A stretch of 64,000 bases of DNA from an uncultured Acidobacteriota bacterium (GTDB lineage Bacteria; Acidobacteriota; Vicinamibacteria; Vicinamibacterales; UBA2999). Numbering within the stretch: position 1 is the first letter of the stretch; each line of letters opens with the position of its first letter. The stretch lies in NCBI GenBank assembly GCA_963779175.1, contig CAVZXA010000007.1, positions 281,086 through 345,085 of the forward strand. Direction: 5' to 3'. The translations under genes were made by a program, and so were the position numbers. Of the stretch, positions 47,092 to 58,165 are shown piece by piece. A model generated the notes under the pieces. It was not told where the DNA came from, did not search any database, and worked only from the letters and a program-made list of their open reading frames with translations.

Positions 47092-48022
47092 GTGATCCTG
47101 CCCGACGACGACCTCGACGCCATCGCGCGGCGGGTCGAGACGCGGCTCGCGATCCTGCTGCCGCCGGCCTACCGCGAGACCTACCAGGACGTGCAGCCGG
47201 TGTCGATGGGCTCGGCCCCGCTGCGCCGTGGTGACGACGGGCTCGTCGCGTGGGACCAGATGTGGGACACCTTCTGCGACCTGGCGATGGCCGGCGGACC
47301 GCCGCACAAGGGGCGGTGGCTCGCGCCCGGCAGCGCCGCGGAGGTGGCCGCCGACCCGGAGCGCTACGACGAGGTGGTGCAGGAGATTCGCCGCGGTCTG
47401 GGCCTCGTCACCGGCCTCGACATCCGGCCCTCGAGCGATCCGGGCTGGGTGCCGGTGGTGTGTTTCGGTGAGGCGATGGCCGGCTGGCTGACGCGCGCGA
47501 TCGTGATGGAGAACGTGGCCGTGCGGCTGCGCCGCGCCGTCGATCGACCTGCCGGCGGCGCCCGACTTCCGCGTCGAGCGCGAAATCAAGAACGTGGTCA
47601 CCGTGCTGGCCAAGACCTGCCACTACTGGATCGACCACATGCCGTACAGCCAGCAGGCGCAGATCACGGCGCTGCTGTGGGCGATGGACCGCGAGGCCCC
47701 GCTCGTCATGCCGCCGCACGCGGGCGCCGACGGTGCCGCGACCGACGCGGCGGCACCGATGGCCGAGGCCCTCACTCGCGCCACCGGCCTCGCGTCGGCG
47801 CCGGCCACGGTGCCGGGGTGGGTCGGCGTGGAGTGCGCGTCGGTCGCGCGTGCCGTGTGGCTGATGCGCGCGCTGGTCACCGAGAACCTCGGCGCGCGTC
47901 GCGAAGACACGACGGTGCTGGTGGCGGTGAATCCGGCGGTCGATCCGGGCGGGCAGCGGGTGGTGGCGGCGGTGGGCGCGCTGCACCGGTTGGCGGCCGC
48001 GGCCGGGGGCGCGATACCATAG
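47092..48022 (+). CDS. Conserved hypothetical protein with internal domain duplication; frameshift near 47540
   Basis: ILLPPAY..VQPVSMGSAPL..WDQMWDTFCDLAMAGGPPHKG; ENVAVR; EIKNVVTVLAKTCHYWIDH. Confidence 0.7.
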
Positions 48023-48034
48023 GAAGTTCCGCCC

Positions 48035-49673
<1,639 letters not shown>

Positions 49674-49680
49674 CAGCGCG

Positions 49681-50670
49681 CTACTGCGACACGTCGAACG
49701 CGCCGTCCGTCACCGTGCGCGTCGGCGGCATCAGCCCCTGGGTGAGCGTCGTGGCCGTGAAGGCGAACGTGCCGGCGACGCGGGTCGGTGTGGCGGTGGT
49801 GAGGGTCAAGGTGCCGCTGCTCCCGGGGCCAAATGGGTTCACGCCCCACGACGGGCCGAAGCCCTGAAGTAGCGTGAAGAAGACGGGCGCGGAGCCGCCG
49901 GCCGCGTGCGTTCCGAGAGCCAGCGGTCCGGTGATGGACAGCGAAATTCCGTCGCCGACGGACGAGGCAGTCAGTGTCATGAGCTGCACTCCTGCGGCAG
50001 TCGACATGCCGCTGCTGGCCAGCGGGCTCGCCGACTCCCACCGCGTCCCGTCCACGGTGGCGCGGACGGTCCCCCGCGTCAGCATGGTGATGCCGACGGA
50101 TCCCGAGGGCAGGCTCGGCAGCGACGGGCTCGTGGGGGTGTTCCTGCCGCCGCAGGCGACGGTCAGGGCAGCAACGGCAGCAAGCGCGAAGAGCGGACGG
50201 GGACTGACGCCCGGCCCCGAGACGGCCGTGAACGAGAACACGCCAGCTACGCGCGTGGGCGTATGGGTCGTCACGGTGACCGTGCAGGTACTTCCGGTCT
50301 CGAAAGGGCTGGCCAACCAAAAGCGGGTCGCGAGGTTCTCCGAGACGGAACAGCTCACCAACGAGGCGAGGTTCAGGGTGTGCGTGCCCACTGCCCCAGG
50401 CAGAATGAGAGAGATGCGCAGGCCGCCGAGTGACGCCGAGCCCGAGAGTGAGGTGAGGCCGGCAAGGCCGCCGAGCAGGGCCGTCGGCGTTGTTGCTTCC
50501 CAGCTTATGCCATCCACTACAGCGCTCATCGTGCCCCGGCTCAGCGAGGTCCCGGGCGCGGTCGGAGTTGGTGGTGCAAGCCCCGCGGGACCAGGACTCG
50601 TGGGGGTGTTGCCGCCGCCGCAGGCGACGGTCAGGGCAGCAACGGCAGCAAGCGCGAAGAGCGGACGCAT
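49681..50670 (-). CDS. Lipoprotein made of two tandem homologous units, each with a signal/lipobox
   Basis: MRPLFALAAVAALTVAC recurs internally; both units have RGT[MV]xAxVDGxxWE and TPTRVAGxFxFTA. Confidence 0.75.
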   Translation of the reverse strand: MRPLFALAAVAALTVACGGGNTPTSPGPAGLAPPTPTAPGTSLSRGTMSAVVDGISWEATTPTALLGGLAGLTSLSGSASLGGLRISLILPGAVGTHTLNLASLVSCSVSENLATRFWLASPFETGSTCTVTVTTHTPTRVAGVFSFTAVSGPGVSPRPLFALAAVAALTVACGGRNTPTSPSLPSLPSGSVGITMLTRGTVRATVDGTRWESASPLASSGMSTAAGVQLMTLTASSVGDGISLSITGPLALGTHAAGGSAPVFFTLLQGFGPSWGVNPFGPGSSGTLTLTTATPTRVAGTFAFTATTLTQGLMPPTRTVTDGAFDVSQ

Positions 50671-50789
50671 CGACGACTCCCTGAGGGTGGAGGCGCCGTC
50701 AGCCTAACATGCCGCAAAGCGCGCGCACAGCGTGTGGTTGTGCCACCTGGTGCCCAACGGATCGCGCTCATTGCGGCGCAGCAGATTCG

Positions 50790-50820
50790 GTCCGACGGCG
50801 GCGCATGGCCACCGTCGGAC
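50790..50820. terminator. GC-rich hairpin downstream of repeat protein A
   Basis: GTCCGACGG...CCGTCGGAC inverted repeat; no clear U-tract. Confidence 0.4.
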
Positions 50821-50846
50821 GCATCGTTAGGTATGTTGACGCTAGC

Positions 50847-53800
50847 CTAGGGCACGACCACCGTCTGCGCCGCCGTCGGCGCACTGGCGCCGCAGGGATT
50901 CACGGCGCTGAGGGTGAAGGTGTAGGCGCCAGGTGGCACGGCGGCGGACAGCCCGCGCGTGGGCAGCGGGAACGTGCCGTTGAAGGCCCCGGAGACGTTG
51001 AGCACGAAACCGGTCGTGGCGGGGCCGCTCGCGGCCGGAATCCCACAACAGATACAGGGTGTTCCCGACGTTATACGTCAGGAAGTTCTCGGGCGCCGAG
51101 GGCGCACCCGAACAGGGCCCGGGAACGTGAGCGTTACCGGATTCGACGACGGGCTCGAGCCCGAGCCATTCGCGGCGCGGACGGAGAACGTGTAGGTGCC
51201 CCCGGGGACGCCGTTGAAGGTGAAGCTGTCCGTAAGTCCAAGGGGCAGCGACGCTGACAGCGTGCCACTGACGTCGAGGATGACGCCGCTCGGCGTGCCC
51301 CCCCCGAACGTGTTCCGCCACGAGAGCGCGACCTGCTGACCGTTGACGAGGCCGGCGAGACCGGTGGGCGCCGACGGGGCGACCGGCTGGTTGACGAAGA
51401 CGCGAATCTCGTTCGAGGCGGCGCTTGTCTGCCCGCCGGCCAAGGTTGTGATCCGAAGATAGAACGCTCCGTTGGGGGCGCCGAAGGTGAACACCGGCAT
51501 CGCACTACCGGTGGGGATGGCCGCCAGCACCTGGCCGGGGGCGACGCCGCCCTCCATCACGTAACTCGTAGGTGCCGGCCCGGTCGTGGGCGGGGTCCAC
51601 GTGAGTGTCACGGTGTTGCCGCTGACGACGCGAGCCAGCAGGTTGGTCGGCGGCTGGGGCACGATGAGCGCAGCGCCGACGGTGATCGTCACCGTGGTCA
51701 CGTTGCTCTGGCCGTTGAGGTTGCTGGCGCGGTAACTGAACACGTCGGTGCCGCTGAAGCCCCCGTTGGGCGTGTAGACGAAGCTGCCGTTGCTGGTGAG
51801 CGTCACGCCGCCATGGCTCGTGGGTGCTATCAGGGTGGCCTGCAGCGCCAATCCGCCGGGCGACACGTCGTTGCCCAGCACGCCAGGCGCATTCACACTG
51901 AGCGTCGTCGCGAAGGGCGTCGAGTAGGCATCAGCCACCGCCGTCGGCGCGTTGGGCGCCTGCACGGTGATGCTGACGGTGGCCACGTTGCCCGGCCCCC
52001 CGCTATTCGACGCGCGATAGGTGAACGTGACCTGGCCGGAGAAGCCGGACGCCGGCGTATAGGAGAAGCTGCCGTTCGTGTTGAGCGTGAGGCTGCCGGT
52101 GGCGGGTCCGCTGTTGACGGAGGCGCTCATGCTGCCGCCGCCATTTGACGAGTCATTGGCGAGCAGCCCTGGCACGGCGACCGTCAGTGTCGTCGCGTGC
52201 GGCGTCGTGTAGACGTCGTCGACGCTCGTCGGGGGCAGGACGGGTGCACACGAGCCGGTGACCCGCACGCGGTAGTCGCCTATGGCGTCGAGACCGCTGT
52301 CAGCAGTGCCGACGACGACCGTGTATGCGCCGGACGCTGGCGCGGTGAATGTGGTGGTCACGCTGGGGGCATTCCAGGTGTGGGTAACGAGCTGGCCGCC
52401 CGGTCCGTAGATGCGAATCCACGGCAGGAACGAAGGATCCGTTGTCGACGGCAGGGTCGCGGCGGTCAGCGACACTGTGCCGCCAGTGCAGGCGGAGAAC
52501 GTCCAAGGGTCCAGATCGCCGAGCGCGATGGCGCCGAAGCTATCGACGTTCTCCACCAACGCACCACCCTGATCGCCCGGGCTCTGGAAGTAGCCGCTCG
52601 GGATGCGTAGGGGCGTGAGGGTGTAGTCGTAGATGGCGTCGAGGCCGCTGTCGTTGGTGCCGACGACGACCGTGTAGGTGCCGGGACTCACCGCCGTCAC
52701 CTCGACCTGGGCAGCGAGGACGTTCCACGAATGGTCGAGCAGTGCGCCGGTGGGACCATACACCCGGATCCAGGGGTAGGCGGAGGGGTCGGGGCTGGTG
52801 CCGAGTTCGCCAATGGCGAAGATCAACCGTTTGTTGGGTGCGGTGGTGGTGATGGTCCAGGGGTCGAGGTCGCCGAGGGCGATCCGCCCGGTGTGGTTGC
52901 CGCCGTTGGTGAGGGTGCCGCCTTCGTCGTTGGCGGGCACGGTGAACGACGCGGGCATCCGGACGACCGTGAGGGTGTAGTCGTAGACGGCGTCGAGGCC
53001 GCTGTCGTTGGTGCCGACGACGACCGTGTAGGTGCCGGACTCACCGCCGTCACCTCGACCTGGGCAGCAAGGACGTTCCACGAATGGTCGAGTAGCGCGC
53101 CGGTGGGACCATAGACCCGGATCCAGGGGTAGGCGGAGGCGTCGGGGCTGGTGCCGAGTTCGCCGATGTCGAAAATCAGCCGCTCGTTGGGCGCGGTGGT
53201 GGTGATGGTCCAGGGGTCGAGGTCGCCGATGGTGATGCGTCCGGTGTGGTTGCCGCCGTTGGTGAGGGTGCCGCCTTCGTCGTTGGCGGGCACGGTGAAC
53301 GTTGCGGGGATCCGAACGACCGTGAGGGTGTAGTCGTAGATGGCGTCGAGGCCGCTGTCGTTGGTGCCGACGACGACCGTGTAGGTGCCGGGACTCACCG
53401 CCGTCACCTCGACCTGGGCGGCAAGGACGTTCCACGAATGGTCGAGTAGCGCGCCGGTGGGACCATAGACCCGGATCGCAGGGGTAGGCGGAGGCGTCGG
53501 GGCTGGTGCCGAGTTCGCCGATGTTGAAGATCAGCCGCTCGTTGGGTGCGGTGGTGGTGATGGTCCAGGGGTCGAGGTCGCCGAGGGCAATCCGCCCGGT
53601 GTGGTTGCCGCCGTTGGTGAGGGTGCCGCCTTCGTCGTTGGCGGGCACGGTGAACGACGCGGGCATCCGGACGACCGTGAGGGTGTAGTCGTAGACGGCG
53701 TCGAGGCCGCTGTCGTTGGTGCCGACGACGACCGTGTAGGTGCCGGGACTCACCGCCGTCACCTCGACCTCGGCAGCAAGGACGTTCCACGAATGGTCGA

Positions 53801-54777
53801 GTAGCGCGCCGGTGGGACCATAGACGCGGATCCAGGGGGTAGGCGGAGGCGTCGGGGCTGGTGCCGAGTTCGCCGATGTTGAAGATCAGCCGCTCGTTGG
53901 GCGCGGTGGTGGTGATGGTCCAGGGGTCGAGGTCACCGATGGTGATGCGTCCGGTGTGGTTGCCGCCGTTGGTGAGGGTGCCGCCTTCGTCGTTGGCGGG
54001 CACGGTGAACGTTGCGGGGATCCGAACGACCGTGAGGGTGTAGTCGTAGATGGCGTCGAGGCCGCTGTCGTTGGTGCCGACGACGACCGTGTAGGTGCCG
54101 GGACTCACCGCCGTCACCTCGACCTGGGAAGCAAGAACGTTCCACGAATGGTCGAGTAGCGCGCCGGTGGGACCATAGACCCGGATCCAGGGGTAGGCGG
54201 AGGCGTCGGGGCTGGTGCCGAGTTCGCCGATGTCGAAGATCAGCCGCTCGTTGGGCGCGGTGGTGGTGATGGTCCAGGGGTCGAGGTCGCCGAGGGCAAT
54301 CCGCCCGGTGTGATTGCCGCCGATGGTGAGGGTGCCGCCTTCGTCGCCGCCGCTCACCGCGAGCCCGCCGCCTGGAATCCTGATGGCCGTCACCACGTAA
54401 CTGCCCAGGTCGTTCTGGCCAGAATCGTTGGTAGAGACCCACACCGAGTAGGTGCCGGCTGCAGCCGCGGTGATCTCGACCTGGGCGGCGGCGACGTTCC
54501 ACGCCTGTGTGAGGAGCGTGCCGTTGGGAGCAAACAGGCGGATCCACGGCGTGAACGTCGGGTCGGGTGTCCCCGTTTCGCCTAGGTCGACCAGCAGCCG
54601 CTCGTTGGGCGCGGTGGTGGTGATGGTCCACACATCCACTTCGCCCGCAGAGCTGATGGTGCCAGCGTGATTGCCCCCGTTCGTCAGCGCGCCCTGCGCC
54701 GCCGCGAGGCCCGGGAGCCCCAGCGCCGCTGCCATCACCATCCACACTCGAATCACCGCTGATTTAACGTCGGTCAT
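50847..54777 (-). CDS. Secreted repeat protein A: 7 PPC-like beta domains, 2 Big_9-type Ig domains, 3 FN3 domains; several frameshifts
   Basis: Signal ending AAA-QGALTNGGNH; ~118-aa units (GDLDPW..PWIRVYGPTG..GTYTVVV); GLLAND/NGSFSY; PQPPTNL..VTLTW; ends VVP*. Confidence 0.85.
52574..54344 (-). repeat. Five near-identical ~354-bp intragenic tandem repeats
   Basis: gtcgaggccgctgtcgttggtgccgacgacgaccgtgtaggtgccgg recurs about every 354 nt. Confidence 0.9.
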
Positions 54778-54830
54778 GTGCCCTCGCGCAGGCCGTTCGC
54801 CGCCAACGGCTGAATTGATCCCGTACGCCA

Positions 54831-54864
54831 TCCTATTGCGCAGCGCGGACCCGAACCCTATCAC
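54831..54864 (-). promoter_or_regulatory. Putative ECF promoter of repeat protein A
   Basis: Minus strand GTGATAGG-gttcgggtccgcgc-TGCGCAATAGGA; same blocks and spacing as 58035-58068. Confidence 0.7.
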
Positions 54865-54972
54865 TCGCGCAGAAACTCTCTCGCGCGGGCGCCCACAGGC
54901 CCTCGAGGCGTGCCTGGCGAGGTAGAAAGGCTGCGCGGAGCTGGACTTGCGGGGTGTTGGAGCGGACGTGGG

Positions 54973-57464
54973 TCATGGCGCGAGAGCTGCCAGGTCCTCG
55001 CGCGCGGCGATCAGATACGGCGACGGCGCGCCCGGCTGCTTCTCGAGCACGCGCACGGCGTCCTCCAGCATGGGCCTGGCGGCTGCGGGGCGCTTCTGGC
55101 GATGCAGCACGCGGCCCAGTAGCGACTTGGCAATGCCGACGTTGACATGGTCGGCTGCCAACACCTCCGCGTAGATCCCCAGCGCCTGACGCAGCGTCTG
55201 CTCGGCGGCCGTCAGGTCGTTGCGGATCAGGTGCAGGCGGCCCAGATTCGCCATCACCACGCCTTCCTGGAAGTGGGTGCCGGCCGAGGCGCCGTAGCCG
55301 GCAATGGCGCGACGGAAGGCCGTCTCGGCGGCCGCGAAGTCGTTCCGGCGCAGGGCGTTCAGGCCGATCGCGTTGAGCACGAACGCCGTGCGCCGATGAG
55401 TGGGGCCGTAGGTCCGTTCCTGCGTCGCGAGGGCCTGACGCAGCAGCGGTGCGCCTTCCTCGTGTTTGTCCTGACGGGCGAGCACCTGGGCCAGGGTGGT
55501 CTGGGCGGACGCCGTTTCCGGATGCGCGTCGCCGTACCGCTGCAGGAAGATCGCCAGAGCCTCCCGGTCCACCGTCTCGGCCTCGGCGAACCGGCCCCGC
55601 GACGACAGGATGGCGCCTTGATTGATCAGCAGGTGACCGATGTCAGGATGGGTCGGGCCGCGGGCCTCGCGCGTCACGGCCAGCGCGCGCTGGTTGACGG
55701 CCTCGGCGGCATCCATGTCGTCCATGTAGAAGCGTGTTTCGGCCAACGCGGCCATTGCCTGGGCGCGTTCGCCAATCGCCGCCGGCAGCGCCTCGTAGCG
55801 GCGGACCGCGTCTTCGAGACTGGCCGCGGCCGTGGCGTATTCGCCTTTCTCGCGCTGGACGCGGCCGAGCACGGTCAGGGCGTTGACGAGTACCGGGTGA
55901 TCCGCTGCCCCGGCGCGTTCGACGGCGCCACGAGCGTCGTGCACAAGGGTCTCGGCCTCGGGCAGGCGCGCCTGATCGAGCCGCAGCGAGGCCAGCGCCA
56001 CCATGCTGGTGGCCACATCGACGTGGGCCGGGCCAAGATGGGCGCGCCGCGCGTCGAGGGCGTCGTTGAGCAGACGGTCGGCCAAGTCGAGCGCCCCGAG
56101 TTCGTGGTGGATGCCGCCCAGGGTGTGGAACAACTCGGCCTGCACCAGCGGGTCGGCCGACAGACCGCGCGCTTCCTGCACGCCGCGCTCGAGCAGCGTC
56201 ATCACGCGCAGCTCGTTCGGCGGGGCCGAGCCGTTCTCGCCGCCGCTGAAGACGCCGAGCACGAAGCGCAGCAGCCGGGCGCTGCGTGCCGCTTCAGCCT
56301 GAGTCTGTGCTCGCGAGACGGCCAGGCGTTCGGCGTAGAACCAGCCGCTGCCCGCGGCCATCATGATGGCCACAGCGGCCGCCGCGAGGGCGCGCCGCTG
56401 GCGGCCGACGAACTTGCGCGCGCGGTACACCGCCGAATCCGGGCGCGCCGCCAGCGGGCGACCGACGAGCAGTGCCTCGAGGTCACGCCGCATCGCGCCC
56501 GCCGTCGCGTAGCGGCGTTCGGGGTCGGGATGTGTCGCGGTGTCGCACAGGACGACGAGGTCGGCGGCGCCGGCCGGCCCCGCGCAGTCGCGCCGAACCA
56601 GGGCTGCCGGGCGCTGCCATCGGTGTCGGCTGCCAGCAGTTCGCGGAGCACGACCCCCAGTGAGTAGACATCGGTCTGCACGCCCGACGGGGCGCCGGCC
56701 AGCTCCTCGGGCGCCGCGTAGCCGGGGCTCAGGAAGCGCAGCGGTCCGGTGTGAGGGCTGAGGGCATCCAGGCTCTCGAGCTGGCGGGCGATGCCAAAAT
56801 CGAGGAGCTTCGGCGTGCCGTCGGCGGTGACCAGGATGTTCGACGGCTTGATGTCGCGATGCACGACCAGGCGTCCGTGCGCGTACTGCACCGCGGCGCA
56901 GATCTGTCCGACCAGTCGCAGGCGTCCGGGAATGTCGGTGCCCTGGGTGCGGCAGTGCTCGTCGAGCGTGCGGCCCGCGACGTACTCCATCGCAAACCAC
57001 GGCGTGCCGCCCTCGAGCGTGCCGGCGTCGATGATGCTGGCGATGGCCGGATGATGCAGTTGCGCCAGCGTGCGCTGTTCGCGCCAGAAGCGCTCGCGCC
57101 GATCGGGCGACACCCAGGCATCGCGCAACAGCTTGATGGCGACGCGGCTTCCGATGTCGTCGCGCTCGGCGAGATGCACCACGCCGGAGCCGCCTTCCCC
57201 GAGCCGCGCGGTGAGCCGATAGGGGCCGATGCGCGCGCCCACGCCGGCCGAGTCGGTGCCGTCGAAGAGGTCACGCGCGACATCGGCGGTCGACGTGTCG
57301 AGCACCGAGTCTTCCCGGTCTCCGGCGATGAGGGCCTGCACGTGCGCCAGCAGGTCGGCGTCGCCGGCGCAGGCCTTGGCGACGTAGGCGGCGCGCTCGC
57401 CCGGCGGCAGGTCGACGGCGGCGTGGAAGATCTGCTGAACGTGGTCCCAGCGGGCGGCGTCCAT
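54973..57464 (-). CDS. ECF-associated membrane Ser/Thr kinase with extracytoplasmic TPRs; frameshift near 56570
   Basis: MDAARWDHVQQIFHAAV..ER N-terminus; GEGGSG, VAIK, HRDIKPSN, DFG, YAAPE; YRARKFVGR + TM; TPRs with LGPAH/GDAHP motifs. Confidence 0.9.
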
Positions 57465-57476
57465 CGATTCCCCTGG

Positions 57477-58025
57477 TCAGCGGCGGCTGAGCTCGGAGTT
57501 CAACCAGGCGCGCGCCACTCGCCAGTCGCGTAACACCGTCACCTCGGAGACGCCCACGACCTCGGCGATCTCGCCCATGCTCAGGCCACCGAAGAAGCGG
57601 GCTTCGACCACCTGCGCCTGGCGCGGACTGACGTGGGCCAGTTCGACCAGCGCGTCGTCGAGCGCCAGGACCCGCGACGGGGTGGGCGGGCCGAAGATCT
57701 CGTCGTCGAATTCGACCAGCGCGGCGTCGGCACCGGCGGGGCGTTTGAGCGCGTTGCGGCGGCGAGCCGCCTCGACCAGGACCTGCCGCATGGCGCGTGC
57801 CGCGATCCGCTTGAAGTGCAACGGCGATGTCGATTCGAAGTCTGGCGAGCGCGCCAGCTTGAGCCACGCTTCGTGCACGAGTACCGTCGGACTCATCGTG
57901 CGGTCGGCCGGGCCGCGCCCGACGCGCGACGCCAGACGGCGCAACTCTTCGTAGGCGGCGACGTAGTGCGCGTCGAGCGTGTCGCGAGCGGACTCGGCGT
58001 CGGGGGCGGGGTGCGAACGATCCAT
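57477..58025 (-). CDS. ECF sigma factor, TIGR02999 / kinase-associated type
   Basis: YEELRRLA; RTMSPTVLVHEAWLKL; ARAMRQVLVEAARRRNALKR; VVEARFFGGLS..EIAEVVGVSEVTVLRDWRVARAWL. Confidence 0.93.
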   Translation of the reverse strand: MDRSHPAPDAESARDTLDAHYVAAYEELRRLASRVGRGPADRTMSPTVLVHEAWLKLARSPDFESTSPLHFKRIAARAMRQVLVEAARRRNALKRPAGADAALVEFDDEIFGPPTPSRVLALDDALVELAHVSPRQAQVVEARFFGGLSMGEIAEVVGVSEVTVLRDWRVARAWLNSELSRR

Positions 58026-58034
58026 CGGCGTAGG

Positions 58035-58068
58035 GTGATAGGTCTCGGACGGCTTTTGCGCAATAGGA
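58035..58068 (+). promoter_or_regulatory. Putative ECF promoter of repeat protein B
   Basis: GTGATAGG-tctcggacggcttt-TGCGCAATAGGA; matches the 54831-54864 motif. Confidence 0.7.
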
Positions 58069-58165
58069 GTCTAGAGCAAGACGCGGCCGGCCAGCGCAGG
58101 AAGTCTGCGGCGCCACGAGGTCGTGTCTTGGGGCTTTTTGTTCTGCCCCCACCTGGAGTTCTGAG

